Positions 39,040 through 50,764 of a DNA stretch of 64,000 nt are shown piece after piece. Each line of letters begins with the position of its first letter. The first letter of the stretch is position 1. The notes beneath the pieces are model-generated. The model did no database searches, was not told the DNA's origin, and worked only from the letters and a program-made list of their open reading frames with translations. The translations under genes and the position numbers were made by a program. This stretch comes from Octopus sinensis (lineage: Eukaryota), in contig NC_043003.1 in assembly GCF_006345805.1 (NCBI RefSeq), forward strand, positions 15,748,001 through 15,812,000, read 5' to 3'.

Positions 39040-39530
39040 AAACCCGAAGAAAAGCCTTGGGATAAATATAGGGAGACTTTGTTATTTAATACATGCATAA
39101 ATATCAACGCAAGAATAGAAATAGAAAGGGGTAGAACATTCCTGTCAAATTTTTATAACGTGCGTACGTACCAGACTGGATATCGTTGTTTGAGTCAGAC
39201 AAAATAAAGTATGTGCCGTAATAAAAGCCAACTACCCGACTGATGTGAATATCGTCTCGAATCGAAAATAAATAAGAAAGAGGATAACTACGGACAACTG
39301 CAACGAAACCTCCAGCCTCTAAGTACAGATTGTAAATACGCATTTATGCCAATAATAATTGCTGGACTGGGTTTTGTGAGTAAATGCTTATGTGGAAAAT
39401 TTGGATAATCAAGGGATTTTAGATAAAGAAATTAACCAGCTCTTTCGAATATTACAAATACAATCTTTAAGCAGATTAGTCAAACAAGTGCAATGCTTTT
39501 CTCAAGTTCAAAATGTGAATTTGTTTTTGT
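39040..39530 (+). mobile_element. Degraded restriction-like-endonuclease non-LTR 3' fragment
   Basis: YPTDVNI...KEDNYGQLQRNLQPL...FMPIIIAGLGFVSKCL...ILQIQS resembles R4-type C-termini. Confidence 0.55.
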
Positions 39531-39699
39531 TATCTATAAGGTCAAATGATGGAGCATTGTGATTGGTTAGAAACCAGCTCTTTCCTAACAAGAAGACTTC
39601 AAATAATTAAAAATAGAATAGAATATGTACACATAAATACATACGCAGATAAATATGCCTAATTATTTTGAGGCGTAGTTCCCTGCGAGATGAATATCA

Positions 39700-39922
39700 A
39701 CGTCCTTTCTACAGTAGGCACAAAGCCTGGAGTTTTGAAGGCGGGAGAAGTGAGTAGCTGATATCACTGACTCCAGTATGCAGCTGGTACTTTATAGTAT
39801 CGACCCTTAAAGGATAAAAGGCACAGTTGATCTCGCTGACATTCGAACCCAGAACGTAAAGACGGACGAAATGCTTAACTGCATTTCGTCCGGTGGTCTG
39901 ATGTTTCTGCCAAGTCGCCAGC
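39700..39922 (-). mobile_element. SINE family B, degenerate
   Basis: Family match. Confidence 0.65.
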
Positions 39923-40380
39923 TTGAAACCTATATTAATATCAGTCAACATAGATACCGTTTATATTCAGAAGTAAAAACAAAATCAAATACGAATCCCT
40001 TTATTGATATCGTCTTTGGAAAAACCTGAATTAAATCAGCCACAAATCGTTCGAGATACGCTAGACGTAATAGCATGATTTGTGTAGTTATCCATCCAAA
40101 CATCTATGGTGAGAAAGAAACGACCGAGGTGTTACAAAAAGTGAGCACTTTAAGGTAGTTATCAGTAAGTATTTGCTAGATCAGTAGGTGTGAATCAGTA
40201 ATTAGAATCCGACTGAAGTGTTATCTGCTATTTTGTTTCTCTTAGATTCCTTGTTTTATTTTTCCATGTTTAGTTTAGTTTTTTTTTCGACACGATCGTT
40301 AGTTTATGTGAATCACACCAAACCAATATGTGTGTGTATGTATTTATATGTGTGTGGTATATATATATAGAGAGAGATAC

Positions 40381-40440
<60 letters not shown>

Positions 40441-40704
40441 ATGTATGTATCTATGTTTGTATTTTTTTTTCTAGTTTCAGCTCAGAGCTGCGGCCATGCT
40501 GATGCACCGCCGTTTTGTGCTACTCTGTTATTACGACGAACCTCGTCTAATATGTGGCACTTGGTGAGGAATGGAGTTTGATACAGCTACTCTCATTTGC
40601 ACCTCTTGCCGTGAGGTAGGTTCATGTGTATATTTGTGTGTATATATGTATATATGTGTATATATATATGCTTACATATACATACAGATATACAAATATA
40701 TATT

Positions 40705-41085
40705 CACAGGAGTGCCTGTATGTTAAGTAGCGTGTTTATCAACCACATGGTTCCGAATTCAGTCCCATTGCGTGACACCTTGGGCAAATGTATTCTTCTA
40801 TAGACTCGGACCGACCAAAGCTTCGTAAATAGATTTGGTAGACGGAAACTGAAAGAAGCCTGTCGTAAATATATAATATATATATATATATGCATGTATG
40901 GTATGTATGTATGTATGTATATGTATATGCTTATGTGTCTGTGTTTGTCCTCCACAATTGCTTGACAAATGAGACTGATATAATAAGTACCAGGCGTACA
41001 AAGAATAAGTCCTGGGGTCGATTTGTTCAACTAAAAGCGGTGCTCCAGCATGGCCGCAGTCAAAGAAATAAAAGAATAAAAGAAT
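40705..41085 (+). mobile_element. SINE family A
   Basis: Family match. Confidence 0.8.
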
Positions 41086-41426
41086 ATAGATGTATTATAG
41101 AAAATATATAAAATCATTATATATAATGTATATATACATACATATACACATACATATATATACATACCATATATATATATATATATTATACATATATATA
41201 CTATATATATATATATAATATATATATAAAATTATAATACATATACATATAATATATATATATGCATATATATATATTTATATATTTATACATTATATAT
41301 ATATTTATATACATATATACACACACAACAACATATATATATATACAGTGTATACACACACACACACATGTATATATATATATATATATTATATATATAT
41401 ATATATATAGATATATATAGATAGAG

Positions 41427-41462
<36 letters not shown>

Positions 41463-41756
41463 TAATTTATAAACAAGGGCAAAAAAACAAAATATTTCTA
41501 TGCCATTATTTTTTCTTTGCCCTTGTTTATAAATTGATTATAATTTTCACCTTTGAAGGTATTTTAATATGCTGCCACTTTTGATGAAATTTTTTCTGAA
41601 AAAAATTTTATCCTATATTAGTAGTAAATATATATATATATATACTTTATTTAAAGCAGCAGAAATAAAGCATATTACTCTACCACTGGTATTTGAGCAC
41701 TCTTTTTTCCACCTTGTTTTCACATTTATGTGTTTACTCCGGTAAATATATATATA

Positions 41757-43105
41757 CAGTTGCGGCCAAAATGTTCTGAACGGCATTGTTTTCGTCAGAA
41801 AAGTAGATATAAATTTTTATCAAAGTTGTTTAATATTCTATAATTTTCACAGACAATAAATACGATATTATTTGTTATTGCCTGAGATTTTGGTGTAATT
41901 GGATGGATAATACAAAAGTTATGGATGATTTAGCGATTTACTGCAAAACCCATGGCGGCCAAAATGATCAGAACGGTTGCTTTTACTCTGTGTTTTAGTA
42001 TATTTAATCGGCGAACTCTAACGTTTTGAATTTGTTTACGTGACGGTTCGTTTACTAAATATTAGTAATAATATTTGCAGTGTACTTTGTTAATATAATG
42101 CCACTTACTCCGTTACCAATTCGTCAGCAGATTATTAAGCTTCGAAGGAGGATAATTTAAGTATTGGTCTATTGCAAAGATTGTTAACAAGTCGAAAAGT
42201 GTTGTACACGAGTATTCTTAGGTCTACGATGATTGGGTCGTGTGAAGCAAGAAAGTTTACAGGTAGGCCAAGAAAACGACCAAGAGAGAAATCGTGCTAT
42301 GGTAAAGTTGGTTAAAAAGGACAGATTTAAAACTGCTGCTGCTGTTTCTCGGAAAATGAGCATTGTATTGAAGAAAACTTTATCTCGAAAAACTGTGTCT
42401 CGTCGTTTCGTTGAACATGACCTACAAGCAAGAGCACCTGCAGTGAAGCCACTGATCAACTCCAAGAATAAAAAGTGTCGTCTTACCTTTGCAACCAAAC
42501 ATGTGTTGTGGTCTCAAGAAAATGGCAAACGGTGCATTTCAGTGATGAATCTAAGTTTGTTATTTGGCTCAGATGGGAAAAGTTACCTTCGTCGAAAAGT
42601 AGGTGAAAAATTGTCGCCTAAATGCCTTAAGACTAGTGTTAAATTCGGCGGAGGAAGTGTCATGGTTTGGAGGATGATATCTGGGGATGGTGTGGGCCCT
42701 TTGGTACGATTACATGGAAAGGTAAATGCGGGAGTTTATAAACAACTTATAAAAGATCATGTCTTGCCTGTGCTGAGAAATTCACCTAAGCGATCACCCA
42801 TATTCATGCAGGACAATGCCCCATGTCACAAGGCTAAGGTGGTCATGAACTTCCTCAAGGCTGTAAAGGTTATTGTTATGGATTGGCCTGCTCAAAGCCC
42901 AGATCTCAATCCTATTGAAAATATATGGAATATTCTATGACAACGTCCGAAAGCCAGAAATCCTAAAACAACTGAGCAATTATGGAATGCCCTTCAGGAA
43001 GAATGGAATAAGATCACCCAGCGAGAAATTGAAAATTTAATTTCCCCATGCAGTCGAAGATGTCAGAGTGTGATTGAAGCTAAAGGGCTTCACACTAAAT
43101 ATTAA
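41757..43105 (+). mobile_element. Tc1-like DNA transposon (IR/DR type), right TIR missing
   Basis: TA|cagttgcggccaaaatgttctgaacgg with an inner direct repeat at ~41951; transposase relic follows. No matching right TIR seen. Confidence 0.9.
42098..43105 (+). pseudogene. Tc1 DD34E transposase pseudogene
   Basis: GRPRK, HFSDESKF (shifted frame), KFGGGSVMVW, FMQDNAPCH-34aa-PDLNPIENIW, VIEAKGLHTKY*. In-frame stop after 42940; N-terminal frameshifts. Confidence 0.9.
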
Positions 43106-43139
43106 ATAATTCCCGTATTCTCTGTCATTTTTGATTATT

Positions 43140-43435
43140 TTGTTATTTTTTCAACGAAAATTTTACGTAAAAATTTTTCGAAAATTTTCACCAAAAATTT
43201 TTCGAAAATTTTCCCCGAAAATTTTCCCCAAAAATTTTCCGAAAATTTTCACTGAAAAATTTTACGAATATTCTACCCAAAAATTTTTCAAAAATTTTCA
43301 CAAAAAATTTTCCGAAAATTTTACCTCAAAAATTTTTCGAAAATTTTGAACGAAAATTTTACCTAAAAATTTTTCGAAAATTTTCACAAAAAATTTTTCG
43401 AAAATTTTACCTAAAAATTTTTCGATAATTTTTAC
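43140..43435. repeat. Degenerate minisatellite of self-complementary AAAATTTT(C)G units
   Basis: Repeated aaaaatttttcgaaaattttcac-like ~23-nt units. Confidence 0.85.
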
Positions 43436-43489
43436 AGAGTCTATCCAATCCACATACATTGGAGAATACTTAACTGAAACACTTTGTTC

Positions 43490-43658
43490 CTTGGTTAGAA
43501 GAGGTTGTGTGGTAGGTAGCTTCTTTTCGAACCACATGGTTCCGGGTTCAGTCCCACTGCGTGGCGCCTGGGGCAAGTGTCTTCTACTATATCCTCGGTC
43601 CGACCAAAGACTTATGAGTGGATTTGGTAGACGGAAACTGAAAGAAGCCCGGCGTATA
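43490..43658 (+). mobile_element. SINE family A head module
   Basis: Family match. Confidence 0.8.
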
Positions 43659-43709
43659 TATGTATATATATATATATGTGTGTGTTTATATATATGTTTG
43701 TGTGTCTGT

Positions 43710-43885
43710 GAAGAAGAAGAAGAAGAAGAAGGAGAAGATGACGATGTTGATGATGATGATGATGAGGAAGAAGAAGGAGAAGGAGAAGGAGAAGAAGATG
43801 ATGATGATGACGACGTTGATGATGATAATGATGATGATGATGATCAACATCGTCATCTTCTTCTCCTTCTTCTTCTTCTTCTTCT
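43710..43885. repeat. (GAA)/(GAT)/(CTT) trinucleotide mosaic
   Basis: Direct reading; source of the poly-D/E ORF. Confidence 0.9.
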
Positions 43886-44078
43886 TTCTCTCTCCCCCCT
43901 TCTCATCTCCCTCTTCTATTCTACTTCTACAAGATTGAAGACACGACGACACGCAAGTGAACAACAAGTGCAAACAAGGGTCAGAGGAAAGGCAGAATGC
44001 CACTTATATCTGAACACTATACAAATATTCCTTTAAAAAACTTTTCTTCTAATTTTTCTAAATTTGATTATTTAATCG

Positions 44079-44122
44079 TTACAGTTGAAAAGGTCTCAAA
44101 ATGACCGAAACCGGTACTGAAA
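44079..44122 (+). ncRNA. Type I hammerhead, U3:A8 compensatory core
   Basis: ttacag-UUGAAAA-ggtc tcaaaat gacc-GAAA-ccggt-A-ctgaaa. Confidence 0.7.
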
Positions 44123-44269
44123 TGTTCTTTATAAAATTATTTTAGCATTTTCTGTTTTGACTTGTTTTTTCATATATATCAACTCGTGTGTTCCTGTTCA
44201 CCCTTATACATATTATATATATAGATATAATATATATATATTATATATATTATATATATATATATACTA

Positions 44270-44810
44270 CAGGGTGTCCCAAAAAAATGTATACACAGAC
44301 TGCAACAGTCTGTCATGCCAGGCATTAGAGAGGACTTTGAACAGGAAGAGTTTTATTTCCAGCAAGATGAGGCACCTCCACACTACCATTGCGAATTTAG
44401 ATCCTTTCTTGATGGGATCTTGCCAAACAGGTGGATTGGACGGAGAGGTTTTGTCGAATACCCTCCACGTTCACCAGACCTCACACCACTAGACTTCTTG
44501 TTATGGGGATACCTAAAGGACAAAGTCTACGCACAAAACCTGCAACAGTCGTTCAATTGAGGGCAACCATTGAACATGAATGTACGAATATCCCAAGGGA
44601 ATTGTTCCATGATGTGTGCCATTCCATCGCTTCGCGTTGTCAGCAGTGTCTGGAGCAGACGGACATCAGTTTGAGAAACATGCCAATAGATGGAACAAGA
44701 CAATAGAATGATATTTGTAAATTCTTTTACGTGTTGAAAATTATTCGAATTATAATAAACCCCAAATTTACAATTATTTAAGGTGTGTATTACATTTTTT
44801 GGAAACCCTG
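44270..44810 (+). mobile_element. Internally deleted rosa-like (DD41D) Tc1/mariner element
   Basis: TIRs cagggtgtcccaaaaaaatgtatacaca / tgtgtattacattttttggaaaccctg, TA flanks. FQQDEAPPH-41[24 protein letters not shown]. Confidence 0.9.
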
Positions 44811-44839
44811 TATATATGCATATATGCATATATATATAT

Positions 44840-44885
<46 letters not shown>

Positions 44886-45381
44886 GCATATATATATCCA
44901 TATATGCATATATATATATACATATCCATATATGCATATACATATGCATATATATATATATATGCATATGTATGTATGCATATATATGTATACCACTATG
45001 CGTTTGTACTGACATCCATTTGCACAGCTGCCTCATTCAGTTGTTTTCCTACTATACTCTAAAACTCTTTTAATATGTTTAGTTCTTTAACTATTCGTTG
45101 TTATTGTTGTTGTTTTACTTTAACAACCAAATTTTGAAAATATCCTGTAAGCATTTGTTTTAAAACTACTTCTGAACATTAAGAGTGGAATGTATTAACT
45201 TTTGTTTATTTTAAAGACGACGACAGTAAACGTCAAAACACAAACCTATTACGAATCATTTGCTGACCACAAGCGAATTATCTTGCCAGATATTAGTGAC
45301 GCATACATTCTTATAGAAACAGACACACATCCCAAAACGGACTCACACACAAACATACACACGACCAAATGCACATAACAA

Positions 45382-45426
<45 letters not shown>

Positions 45427-45564
45427 TATGTATGTGTATATATGTGAGTGTGTGTGTATGTGTGTGAGTATGGATGTATATATGTATGTGTGCATGAATA
45501 TACGAACACACGCACACACACATATAAATATATATATACACATACATATCTATATATATACATG

Positions 45565-45665
45565 TATTTACAGATAAATTCCTCTATTTACATAATATTG
45601 AGGTCTCTTTCTTTCTTTTGTTATCTTACTATTTTTACCAATTATATATATATATATAATATATA

Positions 45666-45705
<40 letters not shown>

Positions 45706-45923
45706 TATATATGTGTATATATATATATATTATATATACATATATTTACAGATAAATTCCTCTATTTACATAATATTGAGGTCTCTTTCTTTCTTTTGTT
45801 ATCTTACTATTTTTACCAATTATATATATATATATATATAATACATATATTTACAGATAAATTCCTCTATTACATAATATTGAGGTCTCTTTCTTTCTTT
45901 TGTTATCTTACTATTTTTACCAA
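45565..45923 (+). repeat. Three tandem ~75-bp units separated by (TA)n spacers
   Basis: tatttacagataaattcctctatttacataatattgaggtctc...ttttaccaa at 45565, 45743 and 45848; related copy at ~56912. Confidence 0.85.
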
Positions 45924-45934
45924 TATATATATAT

Positions 45935-45979
<45 letters not shown>

Positions 45980-46816
45980 ATATATGTGTGTGTGTTTGTG
46001 TGTGTATGTATGTATACATATGAATACTGAATACTCAAATTTGGTTTTAAATATTCCTCAAAGTCCTGTAATGTTTGTCAGAAACCTTTGGTGATTCTTC
46101 TCTTATATAACTTGCATATTTCTATTATGACTTATGAGTTCAAGACTTGCATAACTTTGTTTAATTCGTTTAAAGTTTTGTTTCTTAAGGTGTTTCTTTA
46201 AGGTGTTCAATGCTTCACAATTGTGCTTGATTCATTATTTCAAATTTTCTGTTATTTCCCTGATTGTTCTTTCTACTTAATGCCGTGAAAATGTGACACC
46301 TGAATACACGTCGGGAAAAACAGAATATTATTATTAAACCGAGCATACCTGTGCAGTGAAAAATGACAACGGTTTAAAGTATCCTGAAACTGATATTCAA
46401 TAAATATATTATCACATCAATCATAACATGCATTTCATAATTTCGAACTAGACTCGCAAGAACACATCATACACTGCATGGCTAGGTTCTATTATTCAAA
46501 TTTCATTTATCAAATGTAGTATGTTTCGTCACTAATCTATGTAGTTTATACATAAAATATAGGTATTATTATAATTCCTTTATATATATATATAATATAT
46601 ATAATATATATATATATATCTATATATATATATATCTATATATATATATATCTATATATATATATATATATATATATACCTACCCACCTCTCTATCTATC
46701 TATCTATATATATATATATATTTAGATATAAGTGATGTACTTAAGTGTAGTTATGTTTTTAGCTTGTGCTTTTTCCATAATTTCATGTGAGTATTTTATT
46801 TATATCCCCTCGAAAG

Positions 46817-46876
46817 CTCTACTGACGAAGAATGTATCCTTTATAAGATTAATTCCGAAATTGATTCAATATAGAG
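46817..46876 (+). ncRNA. Type I hammerhead, near intact
   Basis: Stem I ctcta/tagag, CUGACGA, stem II gaat/attc with an A.C closing mismatch, GAAA, stem III attg/caat, A17. Confidence 0.65.
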
Positions 46877-47068
46877 ATAACGAAATTTAAATTTTCTAAA
46901 GGTTAGTTGCCCGTTTTTCAGTTTCAATTTTCCTGTAACAAGTGGATTATAAGTGGATAAATCAGTGTATTGGCTTTAGAATATCCTTCGCTAGCCCTTA
47001 ATTATATGATATATATATATTTGGAACAAAGTGAAGATAGAAAATGCTAAAATAATTTTATAAAAACA

Positions 47069-47110
47069 TTTCAGTACCTGTTTCAGTCAGTGAGACTTTT
47101 TCAACTGTAA
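47069..47110 (-). ncRNA. Type I hammerhead, U3:A8 core (second copy)
   Basis: ttacag-UUGAAAA-agtc tcact gact-GAAA-caggt-A-ctgaaa. Confidence 0.65.
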
Positions 47111-47253
47111 GTATGGAAAACAATTAAATTTTGGAAAAATCAAAGAAAATTTTTTTAAATGAGTATTTGCATAGTGTTTAAATACAAATGGCATTTTCCT
47201 TGTTTCTGCCTGTCTGTGTCTCTCTTCTTTACTCTTGTGGGTTCGGGGTCGTT

Positions 47254-47294
<41 letters not shown>

Positions 47295-47464
47295 CGAACA
47301 AAGCGCACGAGCGTCCGTCGAATACAATCCCTGTATGCGTGACTGCCACTCCCGTATGAGCCTGTACAGTCACAACAAACGCTATACCGCTATCAGCATC
47401 TGACACGATTTCTTCGGGCGCAGATCAATGGCCTCTCTAGACCGACGGATCGTACTACTACAAA

Positions 47465-47496
<32 letters not shown>

Positions 47497-47519
47497 ATAC
47501 TAATACTACTACTACTACT

Positions 47520-48110
47520 ACCCTCCACAGTTCCAGAACTCCCGAACCGGAGCTTCACCACCGGATGCAGTTTCATGTCATATCCAGAACAAACATATCT
47601 AATATGTTTCAAAGAGTGCGCAGGTATTGAAAAACGCTAGGGAGAGCTGACGATCAGGTCTTCATAGTGGAAGCTACCCTCGTGCATACGTTTTGATCCT
47701 TAACTCCTTACACTCGAAGCGGCGGAGTCGTATTCATGTAATGACTCCCAGATATCCCTTTGCTGTCAGATTTCGTGCTGCTGTTTTCTTTGTCTTTTGC
47801 GCTTCACCAGGTGATGAAGGAACCCCAGAACAAAGATATCTTCATGTCGTGGCTATTTCGGTCTGAGACACTAGTTAAAAGCCCGATAAACTTTGCATTT
47901 TGAAGTTGACTTTCATTCCTCATTGACCAGATCCAGTTGCAACGCTTCTCTACTGCTTCTGCCATTGATCTTAGACCTCCGGCAATCTTTTTAACGAGAA
48001 CTTGAGAATCGTTTCATGAGATTGTTGGCACATTTTTCTACAAAAACCCAAAGCTCCAATCTCCATGGCGTGGTCATTGACTTGGACACCAGATTCTCTC
48101 ATATACATTG
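47520..48110 (-). mobile_element. HERO/NeSL-like non-LTR 3' fragment
   Basis: HAMEIGALGFCRK...LVKKIAGGLRSMAEAVEKRCNWIWSMR resembles PVEVGxRGF...AExASxWLWxxR. The putative 3' UTR runs into (TAG)n. Confidence 0.55.
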
Positions 48111-49645
48111 AATAATGCATCATACATTACAGAACTCAACTTAGACGAAGCCTTCATTAAGACTCTTTGTAAATAGATTTGAAATAACATATTCTCGAAT
48201 GTTTTACGATATATAGAGTTTCTAGCTTAATCTTGCATGCCATTTCACAAATTTTTAATTTTGAAAATCTTTTTCCAGTCAGATTCCCTTTATCATCACT
48301 TCTTGTTTGAGCAGTATCAGCTTACTTTTACCTCTAGCAATAATGCAGATGATCAGCAATTTTAAAAAGCGCAATGATGTTTCTGACCCTGAAGAGAAAG
48401 TCTAATGTTTTGCAACGAGTTTTGACTCTGCGATAGATGCGTATTTACAATCAAACATAATCAGAGATTTTTGGGGGAATATTGATTCTAAACAACTTGT
48501 ATAAAACTCATATAGAACTCAAAACTTTGTGAGGGGCATTTGAAACAGGTTTACAGCTATCGTTTAAATATCGCCACCATTGAAGTCTCTTCATCAACAG
48601 AAATTATAAAAATCAATCATTGTTGACGGAAAGTGTTGAGAAGAGTGACAATGAAAGCAAGTGAAAACTCATTCGTCAGCATCTTACATTTATCGTGTGA
48701 TACCGACGGAGAGATTACCAAGAGAAATTCTTCCGGGATAATAGTTTTCATGCTTGCACACGTGATATGAATATACCCAAGTGGTAAAGAGACGAGAATG
48801 AATAAATGGCAGAAATGTTCTCAGTAGAGAATTAAGAGCGTAATAAACTTCAAAAATAAATGATGCATTATTATACTTAGAAACTGTAGATGTTAGATTC
48901 CATGATTAGATTATAAGCATTCGTGCACAACTTGATATAGGGAATGGCAGAAAGCGAGTCCCACTCGAATAAAGATATAAATTAAGCCACAATAGTTGCT
49001 AAAAATGGGATCCTCAATGAATATTCTCTAATATTCTCTCAGTATATATCAATGAGTGTAGGTGATCGTCTGAGTTAAGTAATTTAGACAAAGCAAATTG
49101 GTTTATATATTGTATTGTTGACCATCGTAAGATCTGCAGCAATGATGAAGATCAGTCTTGATTTTAGAGAAGGAAATACAATATATGTACAACGCAACTT
49201 GAATGCTCCCAAATTCTACAGAAAACTATACCACGACTTCAGGGTTTCATTTGCAAACCATTCCTTATGAATAATAACAGATAGAACAATAAAATGATGA
49301 ATAATAACAGTGAGAAATTACTAAAAACATGTACGTATGTGTGTGTGAGTGCTTTTGTGTGTGTGTGTGTGTGTGCGTGTGTGTGTGTGCGTGTGTGAGT
49401 GGATATTAAAGGAAATATAGAAATACAATTGACATATTAGAAATTCATTTACATTGTTATATGATTATACTATAAAAAGATATAATATAATATAACAAAT
49501 AATCAAAACAAATATATATCCTATAATTTGTTTATATGCAGTAGTAAATTTATAAAAATTCACAATTATGCATATTTTAAATCAGTCTATTTTATGATTT
49601 AGCAGTCCTTGCATAAAGTTTTGTTTATTTTTTAAACAAATATTA

Positions 49646-49721
49646 CCCTGAGGAGACTCATATGCATAAATATGAATTTCTATAAATACACTAGTGGATA
49701 TGAGTCGAAACAAATTGCAGG
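49646..49721 (+). ncRNA. Hammerhead motif, probably inactivated (GCA at the cleavage triplet)
   Basis: CUGAGGA, perfect 9-bp stem II gactcatat/atatgagtc, GAAA-caaattg-c-a-gg. Confidence 0.55.
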
Positions 49722-49991
49722 ATATGCTTTTTATTATTTGTTATATTATATTATATTATATTATATCATTTCACAGTATAATTATATTACATTATAATGT
49801 AAATAAATTTTAATACATCAGTTGTATTTCTCTATTTTCTTTAATATTTATATACTGAAATTACACCAGTTTAAGTTCGGATTTTTTTCTCTAATATATT
49901 GTGGTCCCTAAGTGAAGAACTAACGAAAATTGGATGTTTTACATATCTTTGAAAGAAAAGGTTTTTTTCCTTGGACTGATTAATAATAATA

Positions 49992-50069
<78 letters not shown>

Positions 50070-50167
50070 ATCCAAACATGAAAACACAAAGAGAAAACAC
50101 AACAACGAGAGGACGTGGAACAAATATAGTATTATTGGATGCTCAGGAAGGAAGGGAAGAAGGAGGG

Positions 50168-50200
50168 TTTTACGTTTCGAGCGGAGCTCTTCGTCAGAAA
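50168..50200 (-). ncRNA. Minimal type I hammerhead, complete core
   Basis: ttt-CUGACGA-a-gagc tcc gctc-GAAA-cgt-A-aaa; palindromic ACGU stem III. Confidence 0.7.
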
Positions 50201-50491
50201 CATAGGAAAAGGAAAGATCCAGAGAAGGGAAAACGGAGGGAAAAAATCGTCAACGGTACACACGCGGTCATATATATATATACATGAAGAAAAAGAAAAT
50301 GGAGATTGTGAAGTGAATAAATATTTATTATGAAGCCAATAGCGATTTTATTAAATATATTTACTCTTTAGTATTTCAAGATATTTTTATGTCATTTTGG
50401 TAAATATATCTGTTAATATGAGAAGTCACTGTTATTTGCACTTCTACAGTAGTAGGGATGAGGAATTGTGTACATTATTTACATTATTTAC

Positions 50492-50764
50492 GGGCATATG
50501 GCGTAGTGGTTAAGAGCGTGGGCTACTAAGCCCAAGATTCCGAGTTCGATTCCAAGCAGTGACCTGAACACTAATAATGATAATAATAATAATAATAATA
50601 ATAAAAATAATAATAATAACATCGAAAAATGCCTTAGGGATGAGAACCCAGATTCGAAATTTCCCCAAGACCCCTGAAGACGGCTGAAAGGTATATCAGC
50701 TGAAATGTGTTAACAACAAACAATGTGAGGACAAATATCCGTCGAATGTAAATAATGTAAATAA
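50492..50764 (+). mobile_element. tRNA-headed element carrying (AAT)n and a degenerate hammerhead
   Basis: A box TGGCGTAGTGG (50499-509), B box GTTCGATTCC (50544-53), CUGAAGA at 50674, stem II ggctga/tcagct, GAAA at 50702. Confidence 0.75.

Noticed and set aside
43131-43576. KIF/ENF-repeat ORFs
   Set aside because: Translations of the AAAATTTTCG minisatellite.
50492-50560. Possible tRNA gene (also the heads at ~27200-27275 and ~11545)
   Set aside because: A and B boxes are present, but there is no proper acceptor stem and the heads continue into repeat bodies. These are SINE heads.
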